A stretch of DNA of 32,000 nt from Zygophlyctis sp. KS116 (lineage: Eukaryota; Fungi; Chytridiomycota): positions 1-32,000 of the forward strand of contig BAAFSQ010000044.1 of the NCBI GenBank assembly GCA_054661495.1, read 5' to 3'. Each line of letters begins with the position of its first letter. Positions within the stretch are counted from its first letter, which is position 1. Positions 1 to 12,253 of the stretch are shown here, piece after piece. A program made the translations under genes and the position numbers. Below the pieces are notes generated by a model. That model was not told where the DNA came from. It made no database searches and saw nothing but the letters and a program-made list of their open reading frames with translations.

Positions 1-1
1 T

Positions 2-121
2 TTCAAGCATGAATTAGAGGCAGTTACATCATTAACAAAGACTCTCAAACCTGTTAAAACAGTAAAACTCTCAGACACTCTTTTATTACAAGACAAAATT
101 AAAGAATTAGAGACGAGGTAA
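2..121 (+). CDS. possible 3' end of a gene entering from the left edge (coiled-coil-like tail)
   Basis: Open frame 2..121 reads FKHELEAVTSLTKTLKPVKTVKLSDTLLLQDKIKELETR*. It would overlap the NDUFAF6 3' end by 15 nt. No homology recognised. Confidence 0.35.
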   Translation, partial: FKHELEAVTSLTKTLKPVKTVKLSDTLLLQDKIKELETR

Positions 122-979
122 TGATTTTTTTCGAGCATAATATAACAGTTTAAATGGTAATTTCCAACTTTTATAAAAGAGCCTTTGATGAAATAAATTG
201 AAATTGTACTCTTGTAATTTCTGTAAAAAATCGAATGCAGGAACATAATTCAGCAAGACTGGAAAACTTTCTCTCGGCCATTCTTTTTCAAACTTTAGAC
301 TAGTAATTAAATGATCATTTGCTCTTGTCCCAAGTTCAAATACCAATTCTTCCAATTTTGAATTTCTCTGATTATAAAATCTGTATAATTCTTGTGTTGA
401 GAGTTGATATTTAGCAAAAAGATCAAGAGGAAGATTACATTTACAATCTTTTAATAGAATCGGAGTAGCTCTCAAGGCAGTAATTATCCCCATTGTTTTT
501 CCTAAATGACTTACGGCGTGATCTACTTGAAGAGACTGAATTCCAAGACTAGATAGAATTAGATAGAACAATGTTGAATTTGTAGATTCAGCATAAGATT
601 CCAAATCTTCTAAATTAGAAAAATTCCAAGTTAATTGTTTTTCTCTAGCAGTGATTAGTCGTTTTAAGAATAACTGTGATATCGGTCTCTTTGAATTTGC
701 CAATGCAAGAGCTTGTGCAACCGGGTGTTTGATGGGTTTATTTTCCAATATACCAGGCAATGCATCAATCCAAAACTGATGTTTTAATTTTGCAATTTTC
801 AAATCTCTTGAATTTATCAATGATAGCTCTGCATTAAAAGCTCCTAAAGCCCAAACTGTGGATCTAAATTCTTTAGGAATAAAGAGAGAAGATAGATAAA
901 AGTTGTGATCATGCATTCTTAGTAAATTAGAGCAATAATCTTGCATTTTAGAATTTTTTACTGATTCAATCCTTCCCAT
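107..979 (-). CDS. NDUFAF6: complex I assembly factor 6 (squalene/phytoene synthase-like fold)
   Basis: Intronless 290 aa ORF with YCSNLLRMHD, ALGAFNAEL, FWIDAL, HPVAQAL, LESYAESTNSTL and HAVSHLGK motifs typical of NDUFAF6. Confidence 0.88.
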   Translation of the reverse strand: MGRIESVKNSKMQDYCSNLLRMHDHNFYLSSLFIPKEFRSTVWALGAFNAELSLINSRDLKIAKLKHQFWIDALPGILENKPIKHPVAQALALANSKRPISQLFLKRLITAREKQLTWNFSNLEDLESYAESTNSTLFYLILSSLGIQSLQVDHAVSHLGKTMGIITALRATPILLKDCKCNLPLDLFAKYQLSTQELYRFYNQRNSKLEELVFELGTRANDHLITSLKFEKEWPRESFPVLLNYVPAFDFLQKLQEYNFNLFHQRLFYKSWKLPFKLLYYARKKSLPRL

Positions 980-1101
980 TGTTTTAATTACAAATGATTA
1001 GTATGATTACAAGCGATTACAAACAATCATGAGTATGAGAAAGCGATGACTCTATCTTGCCAATTCATCATTTACAATCACCGATGCGCCCACCACGGAT
1101 T

Positions 1102-1111
1102 CTAAATATAG
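1102..1111. promoter_or_regulatory. MEF2/Rlm1-type box CTA(W)4TAG
   Basis: CTAAATATAG ends 37 nt upstream of the ATG of a putative GPI-anchored Ser/Thr-rich protein. Confidence 0.35.
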
Positions 1112-1147
1112 CCATGCCACATCTCATTTACTAAAAACTACAACAAA

Positions 1148-1612
1148 ATGATAAAGATCTCTATTGCTTTTGCCTTGTTAACTCTTTTACCAAACTATGA
1201 ATCAATAGTTATACCATCTGAACCAACCGCCAATCTTGAAAGTACTCTAATCACAGAACCAACAAAAACCATCGAATTGATATCAGAAAATACAATTGCT
1301 ATAACCTCTACTCAAGATCAAGAAAAGCAAACAGCAATTTCTACCATCCAAAAAGTGATTTTACCGCTCTCTGCGACTCAAACTCATACTGTACATCATG
1401 TTACTGATCCTGTAAATACCATTACTACTATCATTGTCGATTCTAACATCAATACTGCAGTTTATTCTCCTAACCAGGCAGTTGTCTATGTATTTCTAAA
1501 GAAAATCCCAAAACAAGACTTTGTAGTTTATGAAACAGCTACCCAATCAGGAGTCTCTAGTATATCCTTTTCCTCAATATTTATTGGACTTTTCACATAC
1601 TTGATATTCTAA
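1148..1612 (+). CDS. secreted Thr/Ser-rich protein, probably GPI-anchored cell-surface protein
   Basis: N-terminal signal peptide (MIKISIAFALLTLL), Thr-rich body, and small residues SGVSS followed by a hydrophobic tail (ISFSSIFIGLFTYLIF). Confidence 0.65.
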   Translation: MIKISIAFALLTLLPNYESIVIPSEPTANLESTLITEPTKTIELISENTIAITSTQDQEKQTAISTIQKVILPLSATQTHTVHHVTDPVNTITTIIVDSNINTAVYSPNQAVVYVFLKKIPKQDFVVYETATQSGVSSISFSSIFIGLFTYLIF

Positions 1613-1629
1613 GAATAATAGCAAGAAAT

Positions 1630-2223
1630 CTATTTTTCTAAAACTTGTAAAACCATTTCCACTTGTTCTTGATCAATAGAAACTTTAAAGGGAATTGTTC
1701 CACATTCCTTTATCCTTTCCATATCTCCTGATATAGTAATCTGATTTGAATTCAATTGAATATCTTTGAATTTCTGTTGAATTTCTTCAATTATTTCTTC
1801 TTTTCCCACTGATCCAAACAGTTTATTAGTTCCTGGAATTGTTTTTGAGAATATTTTAATAATTGAATCACTTTCAAGTCTAGAAATTATTAATTTTGAT
1901 TCTTGACTTGATCCTTGAGATAAGAATTGAGAAACTTGATCTTCATTTAGATTAGAGAATGCAGGAATAATATTTTCCAACTGAATAGATCTAGAATCCA
2001 CCGCCGGCTCCCAATTTTCAGGAAGCAATGGTTTTCCTCGGACTCTAGGAACATAATAAGCTAATTGAAGTGGTAAAAGTAATTTCCTTGCTGTTTCTTG
2101 CGATGTTTGAATTATTTCTCCCTTTTTTCCTAATTTACAGTCTTGTAAAAGAAAGCAGAATGTATCTGCCTTTTGGAATTTAAATCTTTTAAATGAGAAT
2201 AGACTTGTTTTTGGAAATTTCAT
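1630..2223 (-). CDS. MRPL9: mitochondrial ribosomal protein bL9m
   Basis: Basic presequence-like N-terminus, L9 N-domain (LLQDCKLGKKGEII...ARKLLLP) and C-domain KLFGSV...IKECG. ATG at 2223; the ORF track starts at a TTG. Confidence 0.75.
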   Translation of the reverse strand: MKFPKTSLFSFKRFKFQKADTFCFLLQDCKLGKKGEIIQTSQETARKLLLPLQLAYYVPRVRGKPLLPENWEPAVDSRSIQLENIIPAFSNLNEDQVSQFLSQGSSQESKLIISRLESDSIIKIFSKTIPGTNKLFGSVGKEEIIEEIQQKFKDIQLNSNQITISGDMERIKECGTIPFKVSIDQEQVEMVLQVLEK

Positions 2224-2243
2224 CAAAAAAGTTTTTTTTTTTT

Positions 2244-2951
2244 TTAATCTTTACCAACTGCCCCTCCTGTTGCTGTATATTTCTATATTTTTAAAATTCT
2301 AATTTTTTACCTTTTTACCAAGATCTAATGGTATATACTAGAATAAATCTATTTAAAAATTACCTTGTATCTAATCATATGAGCAATTTGTCTTCTCATT
2401 GTAAGTCCAAACAACATCAAAAAGTACATTCTATAATCTTTAGAAATTTAGTAAAAATTACAGTAAAATAGGCCAAAAGACTGGAATATCTAGAGCCTTT
2501 ATAAATGTACAAAAAAGTGCAATAATAAAAGCTCTGGTTGAATAATACCTAGAATTATTAAAAATCTAAAATTACCAAAATTTAAATTCAGGTAGTCTTC
2601 GAATAAAAGGTTTAAATTCTTCATCTGCTTTAGTAGGTAGAGATGGACCTTCTTCATCCATTAAATCATCTTCCAAGGCAGGATCAAATTTAGGAGATAA
2701 AAAGGCCAAAAACAAATTTAAAAGATATATACCAAGGGCATACTAGGAATAATAATAATAATGAAATTTACAGTCACAATATACCATCCCTGTACTAAAA
2801 ATACTCTTATAAAGTAAATTACAAAAATTAAAGCTGTTGCAGTCCATCGGTACGCAGTGTAAGGAGTAGTAGTATCTATTAGAGCTTGGTATCTCTGAGA
2901 ATAGATTTTAAATGATGAGGGAGCTTTAGGAGCTTCAATTGGAGATTGCAT
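2244..2951 (-). CDS. RER1: ER retrieval receptor Rer1, 6 exons
   Basis: Spliced product GWYIVT|[21 protein letters not shown]...[15 protein letters not shown]...VFWPILL...[13 protein letters not shown]|YIPLDLGKK. Introns 2743-2771, 2549-2575, 2431-2461, 2338-2363 and 2283-2310 (26-31 nt). Confidence 0.95.
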
Positions 2952-2982
2952 TTTCAACTTTTTCCTAAACCGTTGGGCTGTC

Positions 2983-2988
2983 CGACCG
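2983..2988 (-). promoter_or_regulatory. recurrent CGGTCG promoter-proximal motif, within a CCGTTGG(G)CTGT direct repeat at 2970-2996
   Basis: The same hexamer recurs upstream of starts at 18286/18290, 24558 and 29781. Confidence 0.35.
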
Positions 2989-3060
2989 TTGGCTGTTGAC
3001 TATTGAATCAAGATTTAAATATTTGAAGAATTTCACTGTTGGGGATCATTTGGTTTTGAG

Positions 3061-3092
3061 AAATCTAAATATAAATCTAAATCTAAATCTAA
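3061..3092. repeat. (AAATCT)n imperfect microsatellite in a divergent intergenic region
   Basis: aaatct aaatat aaatct aaatct aaatct aa. Confidence 0.7.
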
Positions 3093-3123
3093 TCCAGTGT
3101 CAAACTCTTGTCCGAATCATGTC

Positions 3124-4489
3124 ATGGCCATGGGGAGTAGGTTGGACAAGATGCAAACAAAAACAATTGTTTCGGTTTTAGTCGTTTGTGGGATCACCGC
3201 TCTGGTTTCATTCAGAATTAAAAAGAAAAGAAAGACCCAATTGATTCAAGAGATTAACGAGGGAATTAGGAATAGCGGCCAATTAGTGACTCAAGATGAT
3301 TTAGTAAAAGAACAATTATCAAGGAATATTTCATTTTTAGGGGAAAAACAGACTCTAGTTCAGAATGGATTTATAATAGTTGTGGGATTGGGAGGAGTCG
3401 GATCGCATGCGGCTCATATGTTGTTAAGATCGGGTGTTGGGAAAATAAGATTAATTGATTTTGATCAAGTTACATTATCATCTTTAAATAGGCATGCAGT
3501 GGCTAATAGAGATGATGTTGGTATTTCTAAAGTAGAATGTATGAAAAAACATTTATTAGAGATTTTACCAAGTGCTCAAATTGATGCAATTTCAGAAATG
3601 TTTTCAAAAGATTCTGCTCAAAGATTACTAGATGGAAATCCAGATTTTGTACTGGATTGTATTGATAATATTCATACAAAAATAGATTTACTGGAATATT
3701 GTTATAAAGCAAATATTAAAGTTGTGTCTTCAATGGGTTCAGGTGCAAAATCTGATCCAACAAGAATTCATATAGCCGATATTTCAGAAACTTTTGGTAA
3801 GTTTTGGGTTTTTTTCTAAAAAATTAGAGGATCCTTTAGCTAGAGCTACAAGAAAAGGACTTCGAATTCGTGGGATTAACTCTGGGATACAAGTAATCTA
3901 TTCATCAGAAAAGCCAGGAAATGTAAAGCTTTTGCCATTACAAGAGGAACAAGTTTCAGATGCAAGTCAATTAGCAGCATTGCCAAAATTTAGGGCTAGA
4001 ATATTACCTGTTTTAGGGACTATTCCTGCTCTATTTGGAATGACCATGGCATCTTTTGTATTAACAGAACTGGCACAATGGAATATTGAACCTTTGGCAT
4101 TCAAGGAGAGAGATGGGATTTATCAGAGATTACATGCTCAATTGTGTCAGAATGAATTAAAGAAATATTCTGTGAAAATTGTACCTCTAAGTGTACAAGA
4201 TATAGGATATATATTTGAAGAGGTATAAAGTAAAAAATTTAAAAAATAGATTTGGAGAGGAAGAAGTGCTCTCTCTGGTGGATTGGAAAAATTGCATTTA
4301 ATAAGATGGAATCCTTCAAAACCTGCTTCTTTTGGGAACGTGATTTGTTTAACTAGAAAAGAAGCAGAAAAACATGAAAGCATGAGTCCAAAGGATTGGG
4401 AATCCTATTACAGTAGAAAATTTCTGGATTTTGTTAATCTTCGATTCGAAAAAGAAAAGTTTGAAAATGAATGGAAGTATTACCCTTAA
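3124..4489 (+). CDS. TCD2: tRNA threonylcarbamoyladenosine dehydratase (ThiF/E1-like, TCD1/TCD2 family), 3 exons
   Basis: N-terminal TM segment, VVGLGGVGSHAA, LIDFDQVTLSSLNRH, DCIDN, SMGSGAKSDPT and ILPVLGTIPALFG. Introns 3797-3827 and 4223-4249. Start is ATG 3124, 3130 or 3151. Confidence 0.9.
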
Positions 4490-4533
4490 TATGATTACCA
4501 ATAAATAGATTTGATATTATTAATAAAGTTTGA

Positions 4534-6064
4534 TTATGCGCCTTCCATTGACTCACGGCTGTCATAGGAATGGAATCCCCTACAGTCAATGAGGATGTTA
4601 ATTATGGTCCCTCCAACGCCACAATTCAAAAGATCTAAAGTAAATTCACGTGAATAGATTACCATTCAAAGTTATCTTTTCTGGATCAGCTGGATTTGCC
4701 ATATCAAAAAGTTCATTCAAAACATCTTCAACTGGAAGAGGTTCAGATACAAACAAATGCATTTTCTTTGAGAGGTCCTAATATAATTAAACATTAAAGA
4801 TACCTTTAAAAAATGTCTTAGAGTCATCTCATCCAAATATTTTTGAGATTTGAAATCAAGTAATTTAAAGCAAAACGCTATACTCTGATCGGTATAAATA
4901 TTTTCCATTGCTAGAACAAAATCGATAAACGATTTAAAATCCTATAAACTTGTGAAATTAACCTCAAGTACCATTTCTCCACCATAGGTTAGGCATTCTA
5001 GACATTATAATACTAAAATTACCTTGGAACAGCCGATCTAGAAAGAAATTAGACAATACACCTTTATTATAATTTCCAAGCTCCTTCCTGCTGAGCATAC
5101 CATTATGATCCGTATCCAAAGCTAAAAACTGACCATAAACTCGCATACTAGCATCATAAATCATTAAAATGTTATACCACGAATGACCCGAAAACCAATT
5201 AGCTACTTCTACATCACCAGGAAGATTAGGATCCCTCAATTCAAACATTTCTGTCAAAATAGGTGATAACAGGATTGATTGAATAGCTACTTTTCCTATA
5301 TTTCTTAATTTGATACGATATACCTCTTTTTAAAGGATCCAAAAAGAACATAAACTTGCGTACTGCACAACAAATATAAAACTTGTTAAATGAAGGATTG
5401 AAATCCTGTAAATTTAGAGTTGTCATAGACTCTAATATATAGTTTTGCAAGTCCTTGAAATAAGTTATCATTATATCCTACTTCTTCTTTCAAAAATCCT
5501 TCATTGTCCATATCAACATAAGATAAATCTAAACGTGCCTGCATGAGACTGACTAGAATAAATCCATCTAATCTTAATACCTTTTCGTAGTAAATAGTTA
5601 AAGTAATTCCCTGTTATCAAAAAATCCCAAAATTACCTATTGAAACAAGCCCATCCTTATCTTTGAGAAATTTAGAGTAAGTACAAGTTTTTAAAAAGGG
5701 CTCTAATCTTGAACAATTTTCAATTAATCTTTTTCTCGAGACTTTAAAAGAGCTGTAAGAGATAACCTACGTTTAGTATGGCAGAGATTACCTTTTCACC
5801 GTCTTCATTTGTTCTAGCGTTGGAGCTTAACTCATCCCATACCATATCCAATTCATCATTCGATAAAATCTCATCTGTCTTTATACTTTTAATTCTTTCA
5901 ATAACTGCTTCCTTTGCTGCGTGTCCGACCTTTGAAAGTGTTTTGGTTTGGTAAAATAGAGGTATCGCTGGAACTTGTTTTTCCTGTTTAAAGAATTTAG
6001 AAATATTCTGGGGATTTGCATGATTCAGTATGTCCGATAATCTTGCTGCTGTAGATGTCTGCAT
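4534..6064 (-). CDS. PPP2R3C: PP2A regulatory subunit B'' gamma (EF-hand), 10 exons
   Basis: FYICCAVRKFMFFLDPLKRG, NWFS, YGQFLALDTDHNGMLS and DFVLAMEN motifs; C-terminus IDCRGFHSYDSRE. Nine 25-30 nt introns, e.g. 5767-5791, 5454-5481 and 5296-5323. Confidence 0.88.
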
Positions 6065-6123
6065 GGGCGCTTGAACGCTAAAAATTTTTGTTTGTGAGTC
6101 GAGGGTTACTGTCAAAAACCCTA

Positions 6124-7162
6124 ATGAAAGTCGCAGTTCTCGGAGCAGCAGGTGGTATTGGTCAGCCTCTATCATTGTTATTGAAGATAAACTCGTTAGT
6201 TTCGGAGCTCTCGTTATTTGATATCGTCAACACTCCTGGGGTCGCTGCTGATCTATCCCATATAAATTCAAACGCAGTTGTGAAGGGTTACAAAGGAGAT
6301 GATCAATTGGAAGAGGCACTTACCGGGGCGAAGATCGTTGTTATTCCAGCAGGTGTACCGAGAAAACCAGGGATGACACGAGATGATCTATTCAATATTG
6401 TAAGTTTTATTAATTTGACACTAGAATGCTGGGATCGTTAAAAAGTTGGCAGTGGGTTGTGCTAAATTTTGTCCGACTGCGTTTATTGCAGTGATCTCGA
6501 ATCCAGTCAATTCTACTGTTCCTATTGTGGCAGAGACTATGAAGCAATTTGGGGTCTTTGATCCTGCAAGAGTTTTTGGTGTGACTACTCTGGTAATTAA
6601 AATTATTTACGTTCATAGGATATTACTCGTGCAAATACTTTTGTAAGTCAGGCTAAAAATATTGATGTTTCTAAATTAAATGTCCAAGTTATTGGAGGAC
6701 ATTCAGGGGCTACTATTATCCCTATTTTATCTGCGACAAAGTTAAATTTTACTGATTCTGAACTTGAAGCTTTAACTCAAAGAATTCAATTTGGAGGTGA
6801 TGAAGTTGTTAAAGCTAAAGAAGGTGCTGGATCTGCGACTCTTTCAATGGCTTTTGCTGGTGCTCGTTTTGTGAATTCTCTTTTGGAAGCTGCAGTTTTA
6901 GGTAAAAAGGACGTGACTGAATGCACTTTTGTAAAGTCGAATTCAGCAGCTGATCATGGATTGGATTACTTTTCAACTGTTGTAGAGCTTGGTGTAAGTT
7001 GAAATTAAAGATTTATAATAGGTGTCTGGAGTTTCTAAAATACACCCAATTCCTGCTCTTTCTGCTCATGAAGAGAAATTACTTGCTGCTGCGATTCCTG
7101 AACTCAAAGCAAGTATCCAAAAAGGAGTTGATTTTGTCAATAAGCAATCTGCGGCTTTATAA
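6124..7162 (+). CDS. MDH: NAD malate dehydrogenase (mitochondrial/E. coli-type family), 4 exons
   Basis: [47 protein letters not shown] and GSATLSMA. Introns 6400-6424, 6593-6618 and 6994-7021. Ends ...VNKQSAAL*. Confidence 0.96.
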
Positions 7163-7179
7163 GAAAAAAGAATTATTTT

Positions 7180-8253
7180 CTACTTTTTTCCAACTGTATT
7201 CCACCATACTCCCTTTATTATAGGTTTTTCAGTCGCAGATGTTCTTATAATGTGATCTTGATCTGAGACTCCCTTATACATTTTAGAAAATTCCCTTGTA
7301 GCAGTAGAATCTCTTTTTCCTTCTCCAGCATATGAAGGAACCTTGTTTATACTAAATCTAGTATTTGATGCAGCTCTTTCTATACCAGAATCGATTGGAA
7401 TATCAGCTTTTTGAAATTTGTTTGTCAGCCTTCTGTTTTTAGAGAATAAATTCTATAAAATAAAATCCTTAAACTTACAGAAGCAGATTCCCGAAATTCC
7501 AATTTATCTTTTGCAATCATGTCTCTAAAATCTTCTATTAATTCAAACATTGAATCAGTATCACATCCTAATTCCTTTGCAACTGTTTTTGGTGTTTTAC
7601 CACTCCAATCAGATATATTTGGTTCTGCTTTAGCATCTAATAATAGCTTTACTAGACTATAATCATCAGGATGGATAGCATAAAATAATGCAGTCCAACC
7701 ATTGGATTTACTTTGATAATTACAATCTGATCCACTTAATATAAGATTTCTAACTGCATTATGATTCTTGACTCTACAAGCAATCATTAATGCAGTCATT
7801 CCAAGTCCTTGAGTACCACCATGATTTACATCAATATTTTGCTCCAGTAAAAGGTCCAGTACATCATCATGAAATCCATATATACAACATTTTAGAGAAT
7901 TTAGCCCAAACGAATTATTTTTTTGAGGATTGACTGATTTTAGAGATATCAGGAATCGCACTACAGCAACACGTCCGTAAAAGGAAGCCAGCATGAGAGG
8001 CGTCCAGCCATATTCATTTTCCTTATCAGCATCAGATCCTAATTTGACGAGTAACTTGACAATATCTTCAGATCCATGTGAGGAGGCTTCAAGTTTAAAA
8101 TATCAAATTACCAACATGAATTGGTTCGTTGCCATTTGCATCTCGACAAAACAGCAGGCTTGATTTCCTGTTAGCATTAGCAAACAATCTTGCTATTTTT
8201 GAAAGATCATCAGCAATAATTGCTTTAACAAGAATACAAGTTAAATCGGTCAT
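7180..8253 (-). CDS. ankyrin-repeat protein, 3 exons
   Basis: Repeats GNEPIHVASSHG, GWTPLMLASFYG, GMTALMIAC, GWTALFYA and GKTPKTVA. Introns 8087-8111 and a 26 nt intron near 7453-7478. Confidence 0.8.
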
Positions 8254-8335
8254 TAACGCCACTGCTCGGAAGTCATTTGAGTGACAGCTACATTTGACAC
8301 ATTTGAGATTAAAGTTCCAACCGTCCCTTAATAAG

Positions 8336-8661
8336 ATGGTTTTTCCAAAAAATTTAATTCTTCTCTTATCTTAAATCTATTAAATGTGAATGCAAGAATG
8401 TCATACTGTGGATGTCTTACGTTTCGTTACAGCGATGCGTTGAATAAATCAAAGCCTGCAAAGTGGAGGGATCTGCAAAAGAAAATGCATGAAAAAGTTT
8501 GGTCAACAATGCAAGAATGACAAAATCCGGACAAATGCGCTCAGAATAAATGTCCTGACCAAACCAAAGCGTTCGAAGATTGTATGGATGTGTTTCTAAA
8601 AAATCAAATATTCTCAAGGACTATTTTTTCAAAGAGTATTTATTATATTTCTATAGATTAA
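8336..8661 (+). pseudogene. possible frameshifted remnant of a small secreted Cys-rich protein
   Basis: Fragments in shifting frames: MVFPKNLILLL / LNLLNVNARMSYCGCLTFR / GGICKRKCMKKFGQQCKND / QNPDKCAQNKCPDQTKAFEDCMDVFLK. I found no introns that restore the frame. Confidence 0.3.
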
Positions 8662-11600
8662 GCGATATGAAATGATCCTTTATCTTTTTTAAGAGTCCGA
8701 TATATTCTGTCCGATTTTCTGTTCCATCAGAGAATTTCAAGTCAAGTAATCGTTTCAATTCTTCAAAAGTAAATCTTCCAGGATGGCTTTCAATCGATTT
8801 TATCATTGTCTAAAAGATTATAAATAAATTCTTACAGGGCCACTGGCCATTAGAAGTTCATAATAAGATATTGCAGTATCTAATTCCTCACGGTCGTTTA
8901 CAGATCCCAGATTGGTTAAACTTTGCTGAAGAGATTTGACATTTCTGATCAGCTTTTGGATTCCAGTTTCATTTAGTCGCTTGATACGTCCAATGTGTAA
9001 ACGAAGCAAATACGACATTATTGTAGCCAATCCTTCAAATACAAACCTATCAATAAGAATAAACGCATTTACTTTGAACGACGAGGGGATAAGGATATAG
9101 TAACTATTTCTTCAATCATAATCAAATCTTGATTCAGCAATCCTATATAGGGATCTGGATCGGTATTCCCATCTTCTAAAAAGTAATTTCCCTGGGATTA
9201 AATTCTATATTTACCTCTATTATAGCGAGATCTAAATAGTACATGACATGGGCCCTGATTTCTAGTCTTAATACAAAAAAGGCATTTTCCTCGAGTTTTT
9301 TATATTTTTTGAGAGAATCATTGAATCTCCTTTAAAATTAATTAGAAATACATACAAAACAATTTGAGAGTCTAAATCTAAGCCTAAAAATTGATTTTCA
9401 CTTAATAGTAGATCAGACAAGGAATCCATAGAGATCTCATCACGTTTTAGCTAAAGATTAAAATATTGAAGTACCGAAAGTTCAGTCTGATGTATCACGG
9501 CTGTTTTCTGACCAGCGAATGAATCATCGCCTTCCTTCTTCACGTTGATCATTTGAGCGATTTGAGTTCTAAGCCATTGCTATTTCATGAGAATAAATAA
9601 ATGATACCAAGCTATGTATCATGTTAGAAATGGATTGGATTTTCTTCAAATCCATAATGATCTCGCTTCGATGCAGGGATCGATCTTTTTTCAAATTCAT
9701 TTCTATTTGGATTTCCTAGAATGTATCAGGTATAAATTAAGCATACTTTCTTCATCAACTGCTTTTGTGTTTCAGGTGGAACATCCTATATATTTTACAA
9801 TTTTTCTAGAGTACCATCCACGTAACAAAGAATTGATTCTGAAACAGGCAGGTGCTAATTTCAATATCCTCAGCCCATACGGAGCTGATCATTTTACCGC
9901 CTTCAGTATCCTCCTGATCTTGACAATAAAATGCTATAATTACTTATTCTTTGAATTACTTTTTATCTTGGAATGGCAGCTTTCATAGTATGTCGAAATT
10001 ACATTTTCAATCATTTTGATAAACTCTTCACGATGTGCAGGAATCGCTTCCACAGAGGATGCCATCCCTTTAATCAAAATCAAAAGAGCCACGACACTCT
10101 TATAGTTAGTGATTATTTAAAACAATCTACCTTCATCAGGGGGTAACGAGAAAGCATAGAAAAAGTTTCATCCTGAAAAGCATCAATCCCTAAAATTTGA
10201 AGAAATATTATTACCATGAATATACATCTGTAGATATTCATCCAATCTGCTACTGATTTGAGGCAGTAAAACTGACACCAAAAAATCATCAAGAAAATCA
10301 TCAAATTTTCTACCTTTTTAAAATAAATGTAATTGTACCCAGCCTTGTGACATTCAATCTTTAGCAGAAAGCTTTTAGTGGGTTCATAAGCGATCAAGAT
10401 ATTATGGGCATTCGGCTGAATCAAGAGCCGATGACCTACTGATTCAGCTGAAGAATGATCTCCATCTGTTCCTGAAATTGCATTTGTACCATTGATAAAT
10501 GTAAGTGCCATATTTGGATCTACAGAAGTATAATCTCGGATCATTGTAGAATTTTTCTCGGTATTGATACGAAAAAGTCGCTATTGGTCATTGGTCTTGA
10601 GAATTACCTTTTTGATGGTTTCTGTAATACTAGCTTTTTGCTTTTTGTCAGTTATAACATCTTTTATCGACAAAAAAGGTGCATTTAAAGACGAATTCAT
10701 TTCATTATCAGTCAGATATTCGAATAATAGTGTTTTAATTTCGTTCTGGACAAAAAACAGAACATCTTCCATGAAATAATCTAATATTTAGCTCAATTAA
10801 TCAATTACGATTTCTTATATCAGCGTCTCCTGTTTTCTAAACTTGTCAATATTTTTCATAACTTACCAGAGAAATGCTATCTATGACATTTATAGCGTAT
10901 TGATGCCTTTGTGTTATCTTTTCAAATCTTGAATATATCTCGACCAATAAATCTTTAAGAATCACCATATCTGCGGCTTTTGAAAGAGATCCAAATATAG
11001 CAGACTGATATGCGAATGAAATAGGAATTTCCTCAACTTTCGCTGAATTTTTATACCTAATTATAAGAATATTTGGTAGTATTACCTTGCATCAGTTTCC
11101 TGGATCACGTAGTCAACTACATTAAATAATTCCAGAGCTATTCTTTCTCGAACAATCTTATGGTTAAGCTTTAAAAATTACATCTAATGCTTCTTTGAGT
11201 TTTCCTAGAAGATGTAAACTTTCTATAATTGATCTTATATAAATAAAAGAATTGCTGGTTGGTGGTATGTCCGGATCTTCCACTAGCTTCAAATTAACAG
11301 CAGTCGATTACCTCGGTGTTGAGATCTGGGATTTCATCAGCTGTATCTTCAGACACACTAGTTTTTAAATATAATTGACTATTGAGTTCGTCCAAAAGTT
11401 TTTCAAAAAGTGACTAAGTATAAATTCACCATTAAATACATTTTTGATTGTATATAATTGCTGTTTAACAGATTCCAATGCTCCTATTTGCGAACATTCT
11501 CCTTCTATTTGAGCTAAAGACGATAAAAGTGTCTGAACACAAGCTAAAAAGTATTTTCCATGAATTAAATTTGATAATTTTTCTGGAGTTCTTTCAAGAT

Positions 11601-12253
11601 TATAACTTTAGTTAAAAGCTTTAATTAATTACACTTGCTCTATTACACGAGCCATTTCTTTATACTGTAATGATTTTATCCAAAGATGCAATAGTTCATA
11701 TCTCTTACACGCTAACCAATCCTTTGAATTTTCTAAACTTGATTTCATTTCAAGTACTTGAGCTTTAGATTCTAATAATATTATTAGAACAACTTACGAG
11801 AAATAATTTCCACTACTGAACTAAAAGTATGAATCGCACCATTTAAAGACTGATGATAATCTAGCATTAAACTTGATCAACTCTACCATTAACAATAACA
11901 TCCATTGCTATTTCTAATTCATCAAATATCTGACAAAATGACTGATAGTCCAAACCCAAAGCCGAACGTTCTTCAAAGAGTCCGAGCGCATGAGGAATTG
12001 GATTAAACTAACATTAACCTCTTCATTGAAATTACTTCTGACGCCATCATGAAATCCCATTTAAACTTAATTTTTGTCATTACATTGGTTACAGTTACAG
12101 GCACTACACGATTATAATCGCCAACTTACATCCAACAGACGTGTATTCTTCATCTTTAATCGATGCAGCTGTTCTCGGTATATTTTTACCTGTTGAAGAA
12201 TTAGATATTTCAGTAGGAGATTCATTTAATTTCTTCTTTCGGACTTCAAACAT
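8651..12253 (-). CDS. SEC8: exocyst subunit Sec8/EXOC4, about 25 exons
   Basis: Spliced motifs KWDFM...FNPIPHAL, LLDELNSQLYLK, SFIYIRSIIESLHLLGKL, GHRLLIQPNAHNI, LRLEIRAHVMYYL, PDPYIGLLNQDL and LIRNVKSLQQSLTN. 24 introns of 23-32 nt reconstructed, e.g. 9192-9214 and 9451-9474; 28 nt exon at 10809-10836. Confidence 0.9.
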
